A DNA stretch of 64,000 bases from NCBI GenBank assembly GCA_024695235.1, contig JAILIP010000019.1:13448-77447 (forward strand), read 5' to 3'. Made by a program: the position numbers and the translations under genes. Positions within the stretch are counted from its first letter, which is position 1, and each line of letters starts with the position of its first letter. This stretch comes from Bacilli bacterium (GTDB taxonomy: Bacteria > Bacillota_I > Bacilli_A > RFN20 > CAG-826). Positions 8,567-18,557 of this stretch are shown here, piece after piece. The notes beneath the pieces were generated by a model, which was not told the origin of the DNA, did not search any database, and saw nothing but the letters and a program-made list of their open reading frames with translations.

Positions 8567-9205
8567 CTATTCCTCTAAGAGGATTCTTCCAAGTCTAATA
8601 TGGGTCGCACCATTTTTTATAGCTGCGTGATAATCGTCACTCATACCCATGGATAGATATGGAATCTTGATATTGAATTTATCTTCGAGATGTCTTTTTA
8701 CATCTACTAATCTAGAAAACTGTTTGTTAAGCGATTCTTCATCTGAATATTTAATAGACATCATCATGAGCCCAACGAGTTCAATTTTCTTGTATGCTAA
8801 GAGCCTTTCGATGAAGTCATCTAATTCATCAACTTTCACCCCATTTTTGGTAGCCTCTTCATTGATTGAAACTTCGACAAAACACTTGAGTGGTTTTTCT
8901 ACGTTTTTCTCAATCAAATCAGCGAGTTTTAAGGAGTCTAATGAATGAAGATAATCAATTTTATTGATTACAGGCAACGCTTTATTACGTTGCAAGTGAC
9001 CGATAAAATGCCAGATGATTTTCTCATCTTTTAATGCTTCATATTTATCTAAAAAAGCATCTGTTCTATTCTCTCCAAAATTGTTCACATTAAACTTAAG
9101 AAATTCCTTCATGTGAGCGGCATCTAAATACTTAGTTGCAGCCACTAAAGTGATATCTTTTGGAAGAGTATTTAAGAACTTATCTAGATCTTTTCTAACT
9201 TGCAT
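8567..9205 (-). CDS. yggS: YggS-family pyridoxal-phosphate homeostasis protein
   Basis: LVAATKY (PLP Lys), GENR, WHFIGHLQRNK, LSMGMSDDY, THIRLGR. Confidence 0.9.
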   Translation of the reverse strand: MQVRKDLDKFLNTLPKDITLVAATKYLDAAHMKEFLKFNVNNFGENRTDAFLDKYEALKDEKIIWHFIGHLQRNKALPVINKIDYLHSLDSLKLADLIEKNVEKPLKCFVEVSINEEATKNGVKVDELDDFIERLLAYKKIELVGLMMMSIKYSDEESLNKQFSRLVDVKRHLEDKFNIKIPYLSMGMSDDYHAAIKNGATHIRLGRILLEE

Positions 9206-9280
9206 TGCACTTTTAATATAGTTTTACTATTTATCTTTTTCAAGTTTGTTTTTACTTTTGTTCGTGTATAATGTTCTCTA

Positions 9281-10165
9281 ATGGATAATCTAGAGACATT
9301 GTTTAATAAAAAACAATACGACTTAGTGGTGAAACTCACTGAGGAAAGTGTTGATCCAAAAGAACGCTTCATGCGTTTGACTTCTTTAGTCATCCTCGGA
9401 AAAGATAATGAAGCCTTGGATGAAATTGAAAACAATCAAGCAATGTTTGATAAAGCCTATCCAAACAAGGTTATGAGACTTCACTTTGAACTATTGTTCA
9501 AAAATAGAATGTTTGATGAGGCAAAAATCGCTTTAAAACATTACCAAGATCTCCCATATATTTCCCAAGAAGTAGAAGAGTTTTTACGTGATGTTCCTAA
9601 CGAAATCGAATCACTCAGCAAGGCTAAAAACAAAGGCCTTCCTGTTGAAGAGTTGTGTGACCGTTTAGAAAAGGAAACTGATGGTGACCTTCTTTTAGAA
9701 GCTCTGGCTTATATCAAGGTCTATAACATCAATTCCATCATTGATTCAATAAAAGTTTTCCTTCTTAGAAAAGAAGTGAGACAAGACTTAAGAGCATTTG
9801 CCCTTTTTGCCTTAATGGAACAAGACTATTCCAAGAAGCTTCCATACTTAAGCATTGATGGAGTGGTGGAAGTCGTCCCATCCGATCTAAAAACCCCATT
9901 TGAAAACAAGTCTTTCTTAGATATAGCAAAGCTAATCGATGAAAAGTCATTGCATAACGTTACCTTAAAAGAGACCGCAAGCAATCTGTTTGCCTCTTAT
10001 GTTATCGATACATATCCGAGTGATATCTATAGCGATGGAGTTAACGTTATTGCAGATGCATTTATTTCAATTGCCAAAGATTATATTCAAGAACCAAGTG
10101 ATAATTTATCAAACGAAGTTCTTTCTTTAAAAAAGAAAATCCTCTCAATTATTGAGCATAAATAA
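9281..10165 (+). CDS. Hypothetical all-helical (TPR-like?) protein
   Basis: Long ORF with no competing frame. TATAAT at 9267-9272, 8 nt before the ATG. No motif recognised. Confidence 0.75.
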   Translation: MDNLETLFNKKQYDLVVKLTEESVDPKERFMRLTSLVILGKDNEALDEIENNQAMFDKAYPNKVMRLHFELLFKNRMFDEAKIALKHYQDLPYISQEVEEFLRDVPNEIESLSKAKNKGLPVEELCDRLEKETDGDLLLEALAYIKVYNINSIIDSIKVFLLRKEVRQDLRAFALFALMEQDYSKKLPYLSIDGVVEVVPSDLKTPFENKSFLDIAKLIDEKSLHNVTLKETASNLFASYVIDTYPSDIYSDGVNVIADAFISIAKDYIQEPSDNLSNEVLSLKKKILSIIEHK

Positions 10166-10184
10166 CATACATAGCATCTAAAAG

Positions 10185-10206
10185 AAGTGGTGAGCCACTT
10201 ATTTTA
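10185..10206 (+). terminator. Probable intrinsic terminator
   Basis: Stem AAGTGG (10185-10190) / CCACTT (10195-10200) followed by ATTTTA. The T-run is interrupted. Confidence 0.5.
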
Positions 10207-10283
10207 AAGCATTTCTCTTGTATTGAAAAAGTATTTCAAATATACTTTTACATAGTATTTTTAAAAGGAGACACATATAAAAT

Positions 10284-11573
10284 ATGAAAAGAGTTGTTAA
10301 TAAACTTGAAAAATCCAAAGTTGAAGTTGTCTGCGATATAGACACCAAAGTTTGGAAAGAAGCTCAAGAAAAAGCTTTTAAGAAACTCGCTAGCGAACTC
10401 GAAGTTCAAGGCTTCCGTAAAGGCAAAGCCCCAGAAGCAATTGCTCGTAAGCATATCGAACAAGGCAAGATTCTCAATGAAGCTATCAATGGTCTTCTCC
10501 AACCAACCTTTGATGAAGTCTTAAGAGAAGAAAAACTCTCACCATTTGCACGTCCAAGTGTTGATGTTACAAAGATTTCTGATACAGATCTTCAACTCAA
10601 ATTCCACATCGTTTTACAACCAGATGTCGTTTTAGGTGAATACAAAGGACTTGGTCTTGAAAGAGAAAAAGTCTCAGTCAGCAAAGCTGAAGTCGATAAA
10701 GAAATCGAAAAATTACTCGCTCAAAACGCTTCATTAGTCGTAAGCGAAGAGCCAGCCAAGATGGGTGATACAGTCGTCATTGACTTCACCGGTTTTGTCG
10801 ATGGTAAGGAATTTGAAGGTGGTAAAGCTGAAAACTATTCCTTAGAACTTGGCTCACACCAATTCATCCCTGGCTTTGAAGAACAATTAGTCGGTTCAAA
10901 AGCTGGAGCCGAAGTCGAAGTCAACGTTAAATTCCCAGAACAATACGTTGCTGAACTCGCTGGCAAAGATGCAATGTTCAAAGTCAAAGTTCACGAAGTG
11001 AAGAGCAAAGTTGTTCCAGAATTAAATGAAGAACTCATTAAAGAACTCAACATTCCAGAAGTTAAAGATGTTGAAGGACTCCGTGAACATCAAAAAGCTC
11101 ACCTCAAAGCTCATAAAGAAGAACACGCTACAGGTCATCTTTTAGATGCCATCATCAACAAGATTGTTGAAGGTGCTAAGATTGAACTTGCTGATGAAAT
11201 CGTTAGTGAAGAAGTTGAAGGCATGAAGAAAAACCTTGAACAACAAATCTCACAACGTGGCTTAACAATGGATCAATATCTCCAAGTCACAGGACAAACA
11301 ATCGCTGATGTCGAAAAATCCATGAAGGCTGATGCTGAAAAGAATCTCCGTGCCGTCTTAGTCATGGAAAAGATTGCAGAAGTCGAAAAGATTACTGTCA
11401 CCAAAGAAGATATTGAAAAAGAATTTGCCAACATCGCTGAAATGTACAAGATGCCAGTTGAGCAAGTTAAAGAAATCCTCGGCAAAGATATGTCACGTTT
11501 CGGAGCAGAACTCCGTCAACGCCGCATTCAAGATTTCTTATTAAAAGAAAACGAAAAGAAAGCTTCTAAATAA
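10284..11573 (+). CDS. tig: Trigger factor
   Basis: GFRKGKAP ribosome-binding signature, central FKBP PPIase (VVIDFTGFVDGKEFEGG), RBS AAAGGAG. Confidence 0.95.
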   Translation: MKRVVNKLEKSKVEVVCDIDTKVWKEAQEKAFKKLASELEVQGFRKGKAPEAIARKHIEQGKILNEAINGLLQPTFDEVLREEKLSPFARPSVDVTKISDTDLQLKFHIVLQPDVVLGEYKGLGLEREKVSVSKAEVDKEIEKLLAQNASLVVSEEPAKMGDTVVIDFTGFVDGKEFEGGKAENYSLELGSHQFIPGFEEQLVGSKAGAEVEVNVKFPEQYVAELAGKDAMFKVKVHEVKSKVVPELNEELIKELNIPEVKDVEGLREHQKAHLKAHKEEHATGHLLDAIINKIVEGAKIELADEIVSEEVEGMKKNLEQQISQRGLTMDQYLQVTGQTIADVEKSMKADAEKNLRAVLVMEKIAEVEKITVTKEDIEKEFANIAEMYKMPVEQVKEILGKDMSRFGAELRQRRIQDFLLKENEKKASK

Positions 11574-11598
11574 TAAAATTATTTAAAGGAGGAGCAAT

Positions 11599-13932
11599 AT
11601 GGACGAAAATACCAAAACAAAAATAACTCTTCCCCTTCTTATAACCAAGAACTATGTTTTGTTCCCTGGTAGAAAAGATGAAAGAATCGATGTCGGTCGT
11701 GATTTTTCAATCAAGGCCGTTAACGCATCTCGCGATAACAATAGTTCGCTTCTTTTAATCGTTTCTCAAAAAGATAGCAAAGTCGAAGTTCCAACAAATG
11801 ACGATATTTATACCGTCGGAACTTTGTGCCGTATCGTTTCTTATAGCGATATGAAGACATACGTTCGCATCCGTGTGCATGGTGGCCAAAGAGTGAAACT
11901 CAATAATGTGCAGTTTGACCCACAAGGCTTCTATACCGCTGAAAGCGAAACCCTCGAAAGCATCGTTAGTGATGAGAAAAATATTGTTAGCTTGACTAAA
12001 AAGATCATCACTGAAATCCAAGATTTACCTGGGCTCATCAATTCCCTTCCTAGAACAACTCAAACTGAGTTATTCAATAAAGGCATTGATCCAAGTGAAT
12101 TATGCGATATGCTTGCCCCTTATCTCACAACAACTGACGCAAAGCGTCAAGAAATCTTAGAAACACTTGATGTTGCCAAGAGACTTGAAATCGTTTTAAG
12201 CATCATTGAAGAGAGCAAGCAAGAAGCTAAAATCGATGCCGCTATCGAAAAACGTGTTTCAGAAAATGTCGAAAAACATCAAAAGGACTACATTCTTCAA
12301 GAAAAGCTACGCGCCATTAAAGAAGAACTCGGCAACGGTGAAGACGGAATCGAAGATTCAGATGCAATCTTAAAGAAACTTGAAGAAAATCCATACCCAG
12401 AACACGTTAAGGCTAAAGTTAAAGCCGAACTAAAACGTTATGAAATGATGCCACAAGCATCGCTTGAAGCATCACTGTCCATGTCATACATCCAAACTCT
12501 TTTAGATGTCCCATGGTATCAAAAAACAGAAGATAACGACGAGATTGAAAATGTCCGTAAGATTTTAGATGAAGACCATCATGGTTTAACAAAAGTTAAA
12601 CAAAGAATCATTGAATACCTCGCTGTTAAGAAGATGACGGGTAATTTAAAAGCCCCAATTCTATGTTTCTATGGTCCACCAGGATGTGGTAAGACATCCT
12701 TAGGAAAATCAATCGCTAGAGCCCTTGGAAGAAAATTCTTCAAAGCCTCTTTAGGTGGTATTTCCGATGAAGCCGAAATCCGTGGTCATAGAAGAACCTA
12801 TGTTGGTTCTATGCCTGGAAGAATCATCCAAGGTATGAGAAGAGTCCAAGTTGTCAATCCAGTATTCTTACTCGATGAAATCGATAAACTCGCCTCATCC
12901 TATAAGGGTGATCCAGCAAGCGCCATGCTCGAAGTTTTAGACCCAGAACAAAATTTTGCCTTCAATGATAACTATCTTGAAGAACCATATGATTTAAGCA
13001 ATGTCTTGTTCATTTGTACTGCTAACTATTTAGACAATATTCCAGCCCCTCTCCGTGATAGACTTGAACTCATCGAAGTTAACTCCTACACCGAGATTGA
13101 AAAACTCGAAATTGCTAAAAACTTCTTATATAAGAAGCAAGTTGAAGCAAACGGTCTAAAACCAGAACAAGTCAGCTTTACAGATGAGGCATATATGCAC
13201 ATCATTCGCCACTACACGATGGAAGCAGGTGTCCGTGAACTCGAAAGAAAAATCGCTGGCATCATTCGTAAAGTGGTAGTGGACCTCCTCTCTTATAAAA
13301 CTCTCAAGCACATTGATGTTACCCCAGAGGTCGTTGAAAAATATCTCGGAGTTCCATTATTCGAAAACTCCAAGAAAGAAAAGAGTGAACAAGTCGGTGT
13401 TGTCACTGGTCTTGCATACACTCAATTTGGTGGAGATATTCTCCCAATCGAAGTCACCTATTTCCCAGGTAAAGGCGGTCTAGTCTTAACCGGAAAACTT
13501 GGTGATGTCATGAAAGAATCAGCCGCAATTGCTCTTGACTATGTCAGAGCAAATGCTGATAAATATCACATTGATAGCAAACTATTTGCGGATAACGATA
13601 TTCATATCCACGTCCCTGAAGGCGCTGTTCCAAAAGATGGTCCAAGTGCTGGTGTTGCTATCACAACTGCGATCATCTCTTGTTTAACCAATAAGCCAGT
13701 TGATAACAATGTCGCTATGACTGGTGAAGTCACTCTTCGCGGAAGAGCACTTCCTATTGGAGGACTTAGAGAGAAATCACTCGCTGCTTTAAGAAGCGGC
13801 ATCAAAACCATCATCGTTCCAAAGGAAAATAAGAAAGATATCACTGAACTTCCAAAAGAAGTTACTAAGGGTCTAAATATTGTCTTAATGGAAAGTGTTG
13901 ATGATGCGGTGAAAGTAGCCATCAAACAATGA
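11599..13932 (+). CDS. lon: ATP-dependent protease Lon
   Basis: Walker A GPPGCGKTS, Walker B FLLDEIDK, protease PKDGPSAG with catalytic Ser. Confidence 0.96.
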   Translation: MDENTKTKITLPLLITKNYVLFPGRKDERIDVGRDFSIKAVNASRDNNSSLLLIVSQKDSKVEVPTNDDIYTVGTLCRIVSYSDMKTYVRIRVHGGQRVKLNNVQFDPQGFYTAESETLESIVSDEKNIVSLTKKIITEIQDLPGLINSLPRTTQTELFNKGIDPSELCDMLAPYLTTTDAKRQEILETLDVAKRLEIVLSIIEESKQEAKIDAAIEKRVSENVEKHQKDYILQEKLRAIKEELGNGEDGIEDSDAILKKLEENPYPEHVKAKVKAELKRYEMMPQASLEASLSMSYIQTLLDVPWYQKTEDNDEIENVRKILDEDHHGLTKVKQRIIEYLAVKKMTGNLKAPILCFYGPPGCGKTSLGKSIARALGRKFFKASLGGISDEAEIRGHRRTYVGSMPGRIIQGMRRVQVVNPVFLLDEIDKLASSYKGDPASAMLEVLDPEQNFAFNDNYLEEPYDLSNVLFICTANYLDNIPAPLRDRLELIEVNSYTEIEKLEIAKNFLYKKQVEANGLKPEQVSFTDEAYMHIIRHYTMEAGVRELERKIAGIIRKVVVDLLSYKTLKHIDVTPEVVEKYLGVPLFENSKKEKSEQVGVVTGLAYTQFGGDILPIEVTYFPGKGGLVLTGKLGDVMKESAAIALDYVRANADKYHIDSKLFADNDIHIHVPEGAVPKDGPSAGVAITTAIISCLTNKPVDNNVAMTGEVTLRGRALPIGGLREKSLAALRSGIKTIIVPKENKKDITELPKEVTKGLNIVLMESVDDAVKVAIKQ

Positions 13933-14507
13933 TAGATTTTGCTAAAGCCACTTTTATAAAAAGTGCACCAACTCTAAAAGATCGTCCAGAAACTTCTCTA
14001 AATGAGATATGTTTTATTGGTAAATCTAATGTTGGAAAGTCATCACTTATAAATGCTTTAGTGAAACGTCGTAACCTCGCTCATACATCATCTAAGCCAG
14101 GTTATACAAAGTTACTCAATTATTATTTAATTGATGATAAGTTCTATCTCGTGGATGCTCCAGGGTATGGATATACCGCCTCTGGAAGCAAACACTTAGA
14201 TAACTTCTCAAAGATGATGGAAACTTATTTTGATAACAAGAATCTAAAAGGAGTTGTCTTCTTGGTGGATTCTCGTCACAAGATGAGTGAAGATGATAAA
14301 CTGTTCTACAGTTTCATCTTAGATAAAGGCATTCCTTTCGTCTTAGTAGCTACTAAGGTTGATAAACTTAATCAATCCGAAAAAGCTAAGATGAAAAAGA
14401 ATGTCAAAGAAGTGTTTGGGGATATTGAATTTATCCCAACTTCAAAGGATGATAATCGCTCCATTGATAAAATCAAGGAAACAATTGTTCGCCTTGTGCT
14501 AGGATGA
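13929..14507 (+). CDS. engB: Ribosome biogenesis GTPase YihA/YsxC (EngB)
   Basis: GKSNVGKSSLINAL, DAPGYGY, ATKVDK. Follows lon as in Bacillus. Confidence 0.92.
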   Translation: MIDFAKATFIKSAPTLKDRPETSLNEICFIGKSNVGKSSLINALVKRRNLAHTSSKPGYTKLLNYYLIDDKFYLVDAPGYGYTASGSKHLDNFSKMMETYFDNKNLKGVVFLVDSRHKMSEDDKLFYSFILDKGIPFVLVATKVDKLNQSEKAKMKKNVKEVFGDIEFIPTSKDDNRSIDKIKETIVRLVLG

Positions 14508-14524
14508 TTATCATCATATAATAA

Positions 14525-14730
14525 GTTTGCCGTTGACCAAGAGGTCAGTTACTCACTTAACTATAGAGAGAGGCTAGTGGTGGAAATGCCTTGTTAATAA
14601 TAACTGATGTCGCTTGCGAGGATGAATAGGAATATTCCGCTTATCTCCGTTAAAGATATCGAGTGCATATCATAGATATGAATTAAGGTGGTACCGCGCT
14701 AAAGGCGTCCTTAAGATGGGCGCTTTTTAT
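14525..14730 (+). promoter_or_regulatory. T-box leader (valine specifier GUC proposed) with terminator
   Basis: AGAGAG box (14565-14570). T-box sequence AATTAAGGTGGTACCGCG at 14681-14698. Terminator stem and T-run at 14701-14730. GTC followed by a purine at 14609-14612 on the 3' side of stem I, matching valS downstream. Confidence 0.85.
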
Positions 14731-14750
14731 TTGCCCGAAGGAGAAAATCA

Positions 14751-17303
14751 ATGCTTGATAAACGTTATGATCCTAAAAAAGTAGAAGAAGGTAAGTATTC
14801 ATTTTGGAAAGAAAATGACTATTTTACCGCTGGAAAAGATAAATCCAAACCGCCATTTTCAATGGTTATACCTCCACCAAATGTAACTGGTAAGTTACAC
14901 TTAGGCCATGCTTGGGATACAACAGTCCAAGACATCACAGCAAGATATAAACGCTTGCAAGGCTTTGATGTCCTTTGGCTACCAGGTATGGACCATGCTG
15001 GCATTGCTACTCAAGCTAAGGTCGAAGAAAAACTTCGTAAAGAAGGTGTGTCTCGTTATGACCTTGGAAGAGAGAAATTCCTTGAAAAAGTCTGGGAATG
15101 GAAAGATGAGTATGGTCGTAACATTCATGAACAATGGGCAAAAATGGGCTTATCCCTCGATTACACCCGCGAAAGGTTCACACTTGATGAAGGACTTAGC
15201 CGCGCTGTAAAAGTCGTCTTTAAATCGCTTTATGATAAAGGGCTCATCTATCGTGGCGAAAGAATCATTAACTACGATCCAGTTTTAAAAACTGCTTTAT
15301 CAAATATCGAAGTCGAATATAAAGACATCAAAGGCAAATTCTATTATTTCCGTTATCCAATTGTTGGAAGCGACGAATATCTAATTGTTGCTACAACCCG
15401 TCCAGAAACGATGTTTGGCGATGTTGCAGTATTCGTTAATCCAAAGGATAAACGTTATAAACATCTTATCGGTAAGAAGGTAATTAACCCTGCTAACGAA
15501 GAACCTCTTCCTATTATGGGAGATGAATATGTTGATATTTCCTTTGGAACAGGTGCAATGAAATGTACACCTGCCCATGACCCAAATGACTTTGCCTTAT
15601 CAAACAAATATGGCTTAGAAAGAATTATCTGTATGGATAATGAAGCCAAGATGAATGAAGTTGCTGGTCCATATAAGGGCATGGATAGATATGAATGCCG
15701 CGAAGCACTTGTGAAGAAAATCGAACAAGATGGCCGCTTAGAGAAGATTGAAGAAATCGTTCACCCAGTTGGTCATAGTGAACGTTCTCATACAGTGGTG
15801 GAACCATATTTAAGCAAACAATGGTTTGTGAAAATGTCCCCTCTTGCAAAGCAAGCATTAGAGAAATCCACTGTTAATTTCGTTCCTGCTAGATTTAAAA
15901 AGACATGGGTCCAATGGATGAAAAACGTTGACGACTGGTGTATTTCCCGTCAACTTTGGTGGGGACATCGTATCCCAGCTTATTATCATAAAGATACTGG
16001 CGAAATCCTTGTTAGCATTGAACCAGTCAACGATCCAAACTACATTCAAGACGAAGACGTCTTAGATACATGGTTCAGTTCTGCTTTATGGCCATTTGCA
16101 ACCTTAGGTTGGCCAGAAGTAACTGAAGACTATAAGAGATACTTCCCAACATCACTTTTATCCACAGGATATGACATCATCTTTTTCTGGGTTTCAAGAA
16201 TGATTTTTGACTCCTTAGAGTTCACTAAAGAATCACCATTTAAAGATTGTTTAATCCATGGATTAATTCGTGATGCTCAAGGAAGAAAAATGTCCAAATC
16301 TTTAGGAAATGGTATCGACCCACTTGATGTCATCGATCATTATGGTGTGGATGCTTTAAGATACTTCCTCACAACTGGTTCAGCCCCTGGGCAAGATAAT
16401 CGTTACATCGAAGAAAAAGTCGCTGCATCCAGCAACTATCTTAATAAGATATGGAACTCTGCTAGATACGTTTTAGAAAATCTAGGCGAAGACTTTAAAC
16501 CAAGTGAAATTAACTTCGCTTCTTTAGAACCAGTTGAAAAAGATATTCTTGTTAAACTCAACAAGACCATTTTTAAAGTCAGTCAATACATGGATAAGTA
16601 TGAGTATTCAATGGCAAGTTCTTATTTATATAACTTCGTCTATGATGACTTCTGTTCAACATATTTAGAGATGTCAAAAGTATCTCTTCAAAGCGAGAAT
16701 AAAGAGTACGCTCAAGTGGTTAAATCAATTCTCTATTATATCTTAAAAGATATAATCATTATGATTTATCCATATGCTCCATTTATTGCTGAAGAGTTAT
16801 ACCAAGCCACTCCAAATCATTTAAAATCAATCATGCTTGAAAGCTATCCAAAAGCTCACAAACTCCCTAAGTGTGATTTAAGTGACGTTACTACTTTGTA
16901 TAAGATGATTCAAGACATCCGTAACTATAAGGTCACCAATAAACTCGCTCCAAACTACAAGGTGAAATTAGTCATTGAAACTAAGAAGGAATTATTCCCA
17001 TCATTCAAAGACTACTTAGCTAAGTTTAGCTTTGCTAAAGATATCTCAGTATGTGAATCATCCTCTTCAAAAGGAATCAAGTTCATCTATCAAGACATTG
17101 TGATGTTCGTGGAAGACGATATTTCTGATGAAGAAAAAGAAGCTAAGAAAGCTAAAGATATCGCTTATCTTGAAAGCGAAATTAAACGTAGCGAAAACAT
17201 GCTCAACAATCCTAACTTTGTTGCAAAAGCTCCAAAGGAGAAGGTTGAACTTGAACGTGCAAAATTAGAAGAAAACAAACGCCGCTTAATCGAACTAAAA
17301 TAA
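14751..17303 (+). CDS. valS: Valine--tRNA ligase
   Basis: HLGH, KMSKS, CP1 editing domain, C-terminal coiled coil. Confidence 0.97.
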   Translation: MLDKRYDPKKVEEGKYSFWKENDYFTAGKDKSKPPFSMVIPPPNVTGKLHLGHAWDTTVQDITARYKRLQGFDVLWLPGMDHAGIATQAKVEEKLRKEGVSRYDLGREKFLEKVWEWKDEYGRNIHEQWAKMGLSLDYTRERFTLDEGLSRAVKVVFKSLYDKGLIYRGERIINYDPVLKTALSNIEVEYKDIKGKFYYFRYPIVGSDEYLIVATTRPETMFGDVAVFVNPKDKRYKHLIGKKVINPANEEPLPIMGDEYVDISFGTGAMKCTPAHDPNDFALSNKYGLERIICMDNEAKMNEVAGPYKGMDRYECREALVKKIEQDGRLEKIEEIVHPVGHSERSHTVVEPYLSKQWFVKMSPLAKQALEKSTVNFVPARFKKTWVQWMKNVDDWCISRQLWWGHRIPAYYHKDTGEILVSIEPVNDPNYIQDEDVLDTWFSSALWPFATLGWPEVTEDYKRYFPTSLLSTGYDIIFFWVSRMIFDSLEFTKESPFKDCLIHGLIRDAQGRKMSKSLGNGIDPLDVIDHYGVDALRYFLTTGSAPGQDNRYIEEKVAASSNYLNKIWNSARYVLENLGEDFKPSEINFASLEPVEKDILVKLNKTIFKVSQYMDKYEYSMASSYLYNFVYDDFCSTYLEMSKVSLQSENKEYAQVVKSILYYILKDIIIMIYPYAPFIAEELYQATPNHLKSIMLESYPKAHKLPKCDLSDVTTLYKMIQDIRNYKVTNKLAPNYKVKLVIETKKELFPSFKDYLAKFSFAKDISVCESSSSKGIKFIYQDIVMFVEDDISDEEKEAKKAKDIAYLESEIKRSENMLNNPNFVAKAPKEKVELERAKLEENKRRLIELK

Positions 17304-17304
17304 C

Positions 17305-17937
17305 ATGAAAAGATATAAACTATATTTATTCGACTTTGATGGAACCTTGTTTGATACAAGCAAAGCTTTAAATATGGTTTTTAAAGTATCTTTTGCTAAA
17401 GTCGGCACGACTGTTACAGATGATCAGATTACTTGGTTATCACGCGTGCCACTATTTGAGGCATATGAAGAACTCGGTTGTCCAAGCGATGCAGCATCTG
17501 TAAAACTATTTATAGACACAATTAATGCCTCTGTTGATTCTAAAGAATCAATTAACCTTACCGAACTATTTCATGATACCGCTGAGTTCTTGAAATACGC
17601 CAAGGAAAATGATGTGCACATTGGTATTGTCACATCAAACAATTCAAACCATGTAAAAGACATCTTGAATCACTTTAATATTCCTACTGATTCATTTGAT
17701 GTGATTGTTGGTAATGTTGAAGCTCCAACTCCAAAACCAGACCCATTACCAATCAATGTCGCCTTGAAGATGGCTAACTATCAAGGTGATTTAAAGGATG
17801 TAATTTACGTTGGAGATTCCCATAACGACTGCCTAGCAGCGATCAATGCAGGGGTAGATCATTTACTCCTTGATCGTCATTCAAATTCGACTGAGAATTT
17901 TAAAAAGATAAAAAGTTTATTAGATTTATTCGCATAG
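17305..17937 (+). CDS. HAD-superfamily hydrolase (phosphoglycolate phosphatase-like)
   Basis: FDFDGTLFDT, VTSN, GDSHNDCLAAINAG. Confidence 0.85.
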   Translation: MKRYKLYLFDFDGTLFDTSKALNMVFKVSFAKVGTTVTDDQITWLSRVPLFEAYEELGCPSDAASVKLFIDTINASVDSKESINLTELFHDTAEFLKYAKENDVHIGIVTSNNSNHVKDILNHFNIPTDSFDVIVGNVEAPTPKPDPLPINVALKMANYQGDLKDVIYVGDSHNDCLAAINAGVDHLLLDRHSNSTENFKKIKSLLDLFA

Positions 17938-18014
17938 CGAATAGAAAATATAAATAAAACTTTTTGACACATTTTGCCATTTTTTGACTACTTAAAGGGT
18001 AGGAGGATATTTTT

Positions 18015-18557
18015 ATGGCAAAAGTTTTTGCAGCCGTTTTAGTTGTCACAGTTGTTTTAATTGTCGTGCTTCAATTTGTCGATCCTGCCGTTGATAGTAG
18101 AACAATTGAGCAAGTTACAACTACCGCCCTAGCTGAGGGCTCAATATCAGTTAGCATCGATGGTGAAGTTGTCCGCACAGGAACCTACATCATGGAAGCT
18201 AACACAACCCTTGCAAGTCTTATTGAAGTTGCAAGTGGAGTTACTGCTAATGCCGATGAACTTGCATATGATACTTCGTATGTATTAGCAGATGGCTTAT
18301 CGTTTTATATCGCACCAAAATACGATAATAGCGATGTGTGCTCTTTAGAGCCTATTAAGAAAGTTAACATTAACAAAGATAATGCCGAGACACTCCAAAC
18401 AGTGAGTGGTATTGGTTCTTCTGTGGCGAACAAAATCGTCTCTCATAGAAGTGCTAATGGTGAATTCAAACGCATTGAGGACATCAAAGATGTCAGTGGT
18501 GTTGGAAATGCCACATTTGAAAAGATTAAAAACTACCTTGTTTTAAGAAGTGCATGA
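18015..18557 (+). CDS. comEA: Competence protein ComEA (membrane-anchored DNA receptor)
   Basis: N-terminal TM, SLBB-like segment, C-terminal double helix-hairpin-helix (VSGIGSSVANKIV...VSGVGNATFEKI). Confidence 0.88.
   Translation: MAKVFAAVLVVTVVLIVVLQFVDPAVDSRTIEQVTTTALAEGSISVSIDGEVVRTGTYIMEANTTLASLIEVASGVTANADELAYDTSYVLADGLSFYIAPKYDNSDVCSLEPIKKVNINKDNAETLQTVSGIGSSVANKIVSHRSANGEFKRIEDIKDVSGVGNATFEKIKNYLVLRSA

Noticed and set aside
8079-8630. Long antisense ORFs in the track: 8079..8630 (+), 38131..38592 (-), 33631..33990 (-), 20856..21209 (-), 4736..5086 (-), 46896..47249 (-), 13602..13925 (-) and many 60-100-aa ones.
   Set aside because: Each lies entirely inside, and antisense or out of frame to, a gene with unmistakable conserved motifs (DJ-1, mtaB, dnaK, holA, mscS, dnaG, lon). 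They have no RBS and a low-complexity composition typical of shadow ORFs in AT-rich DNA.
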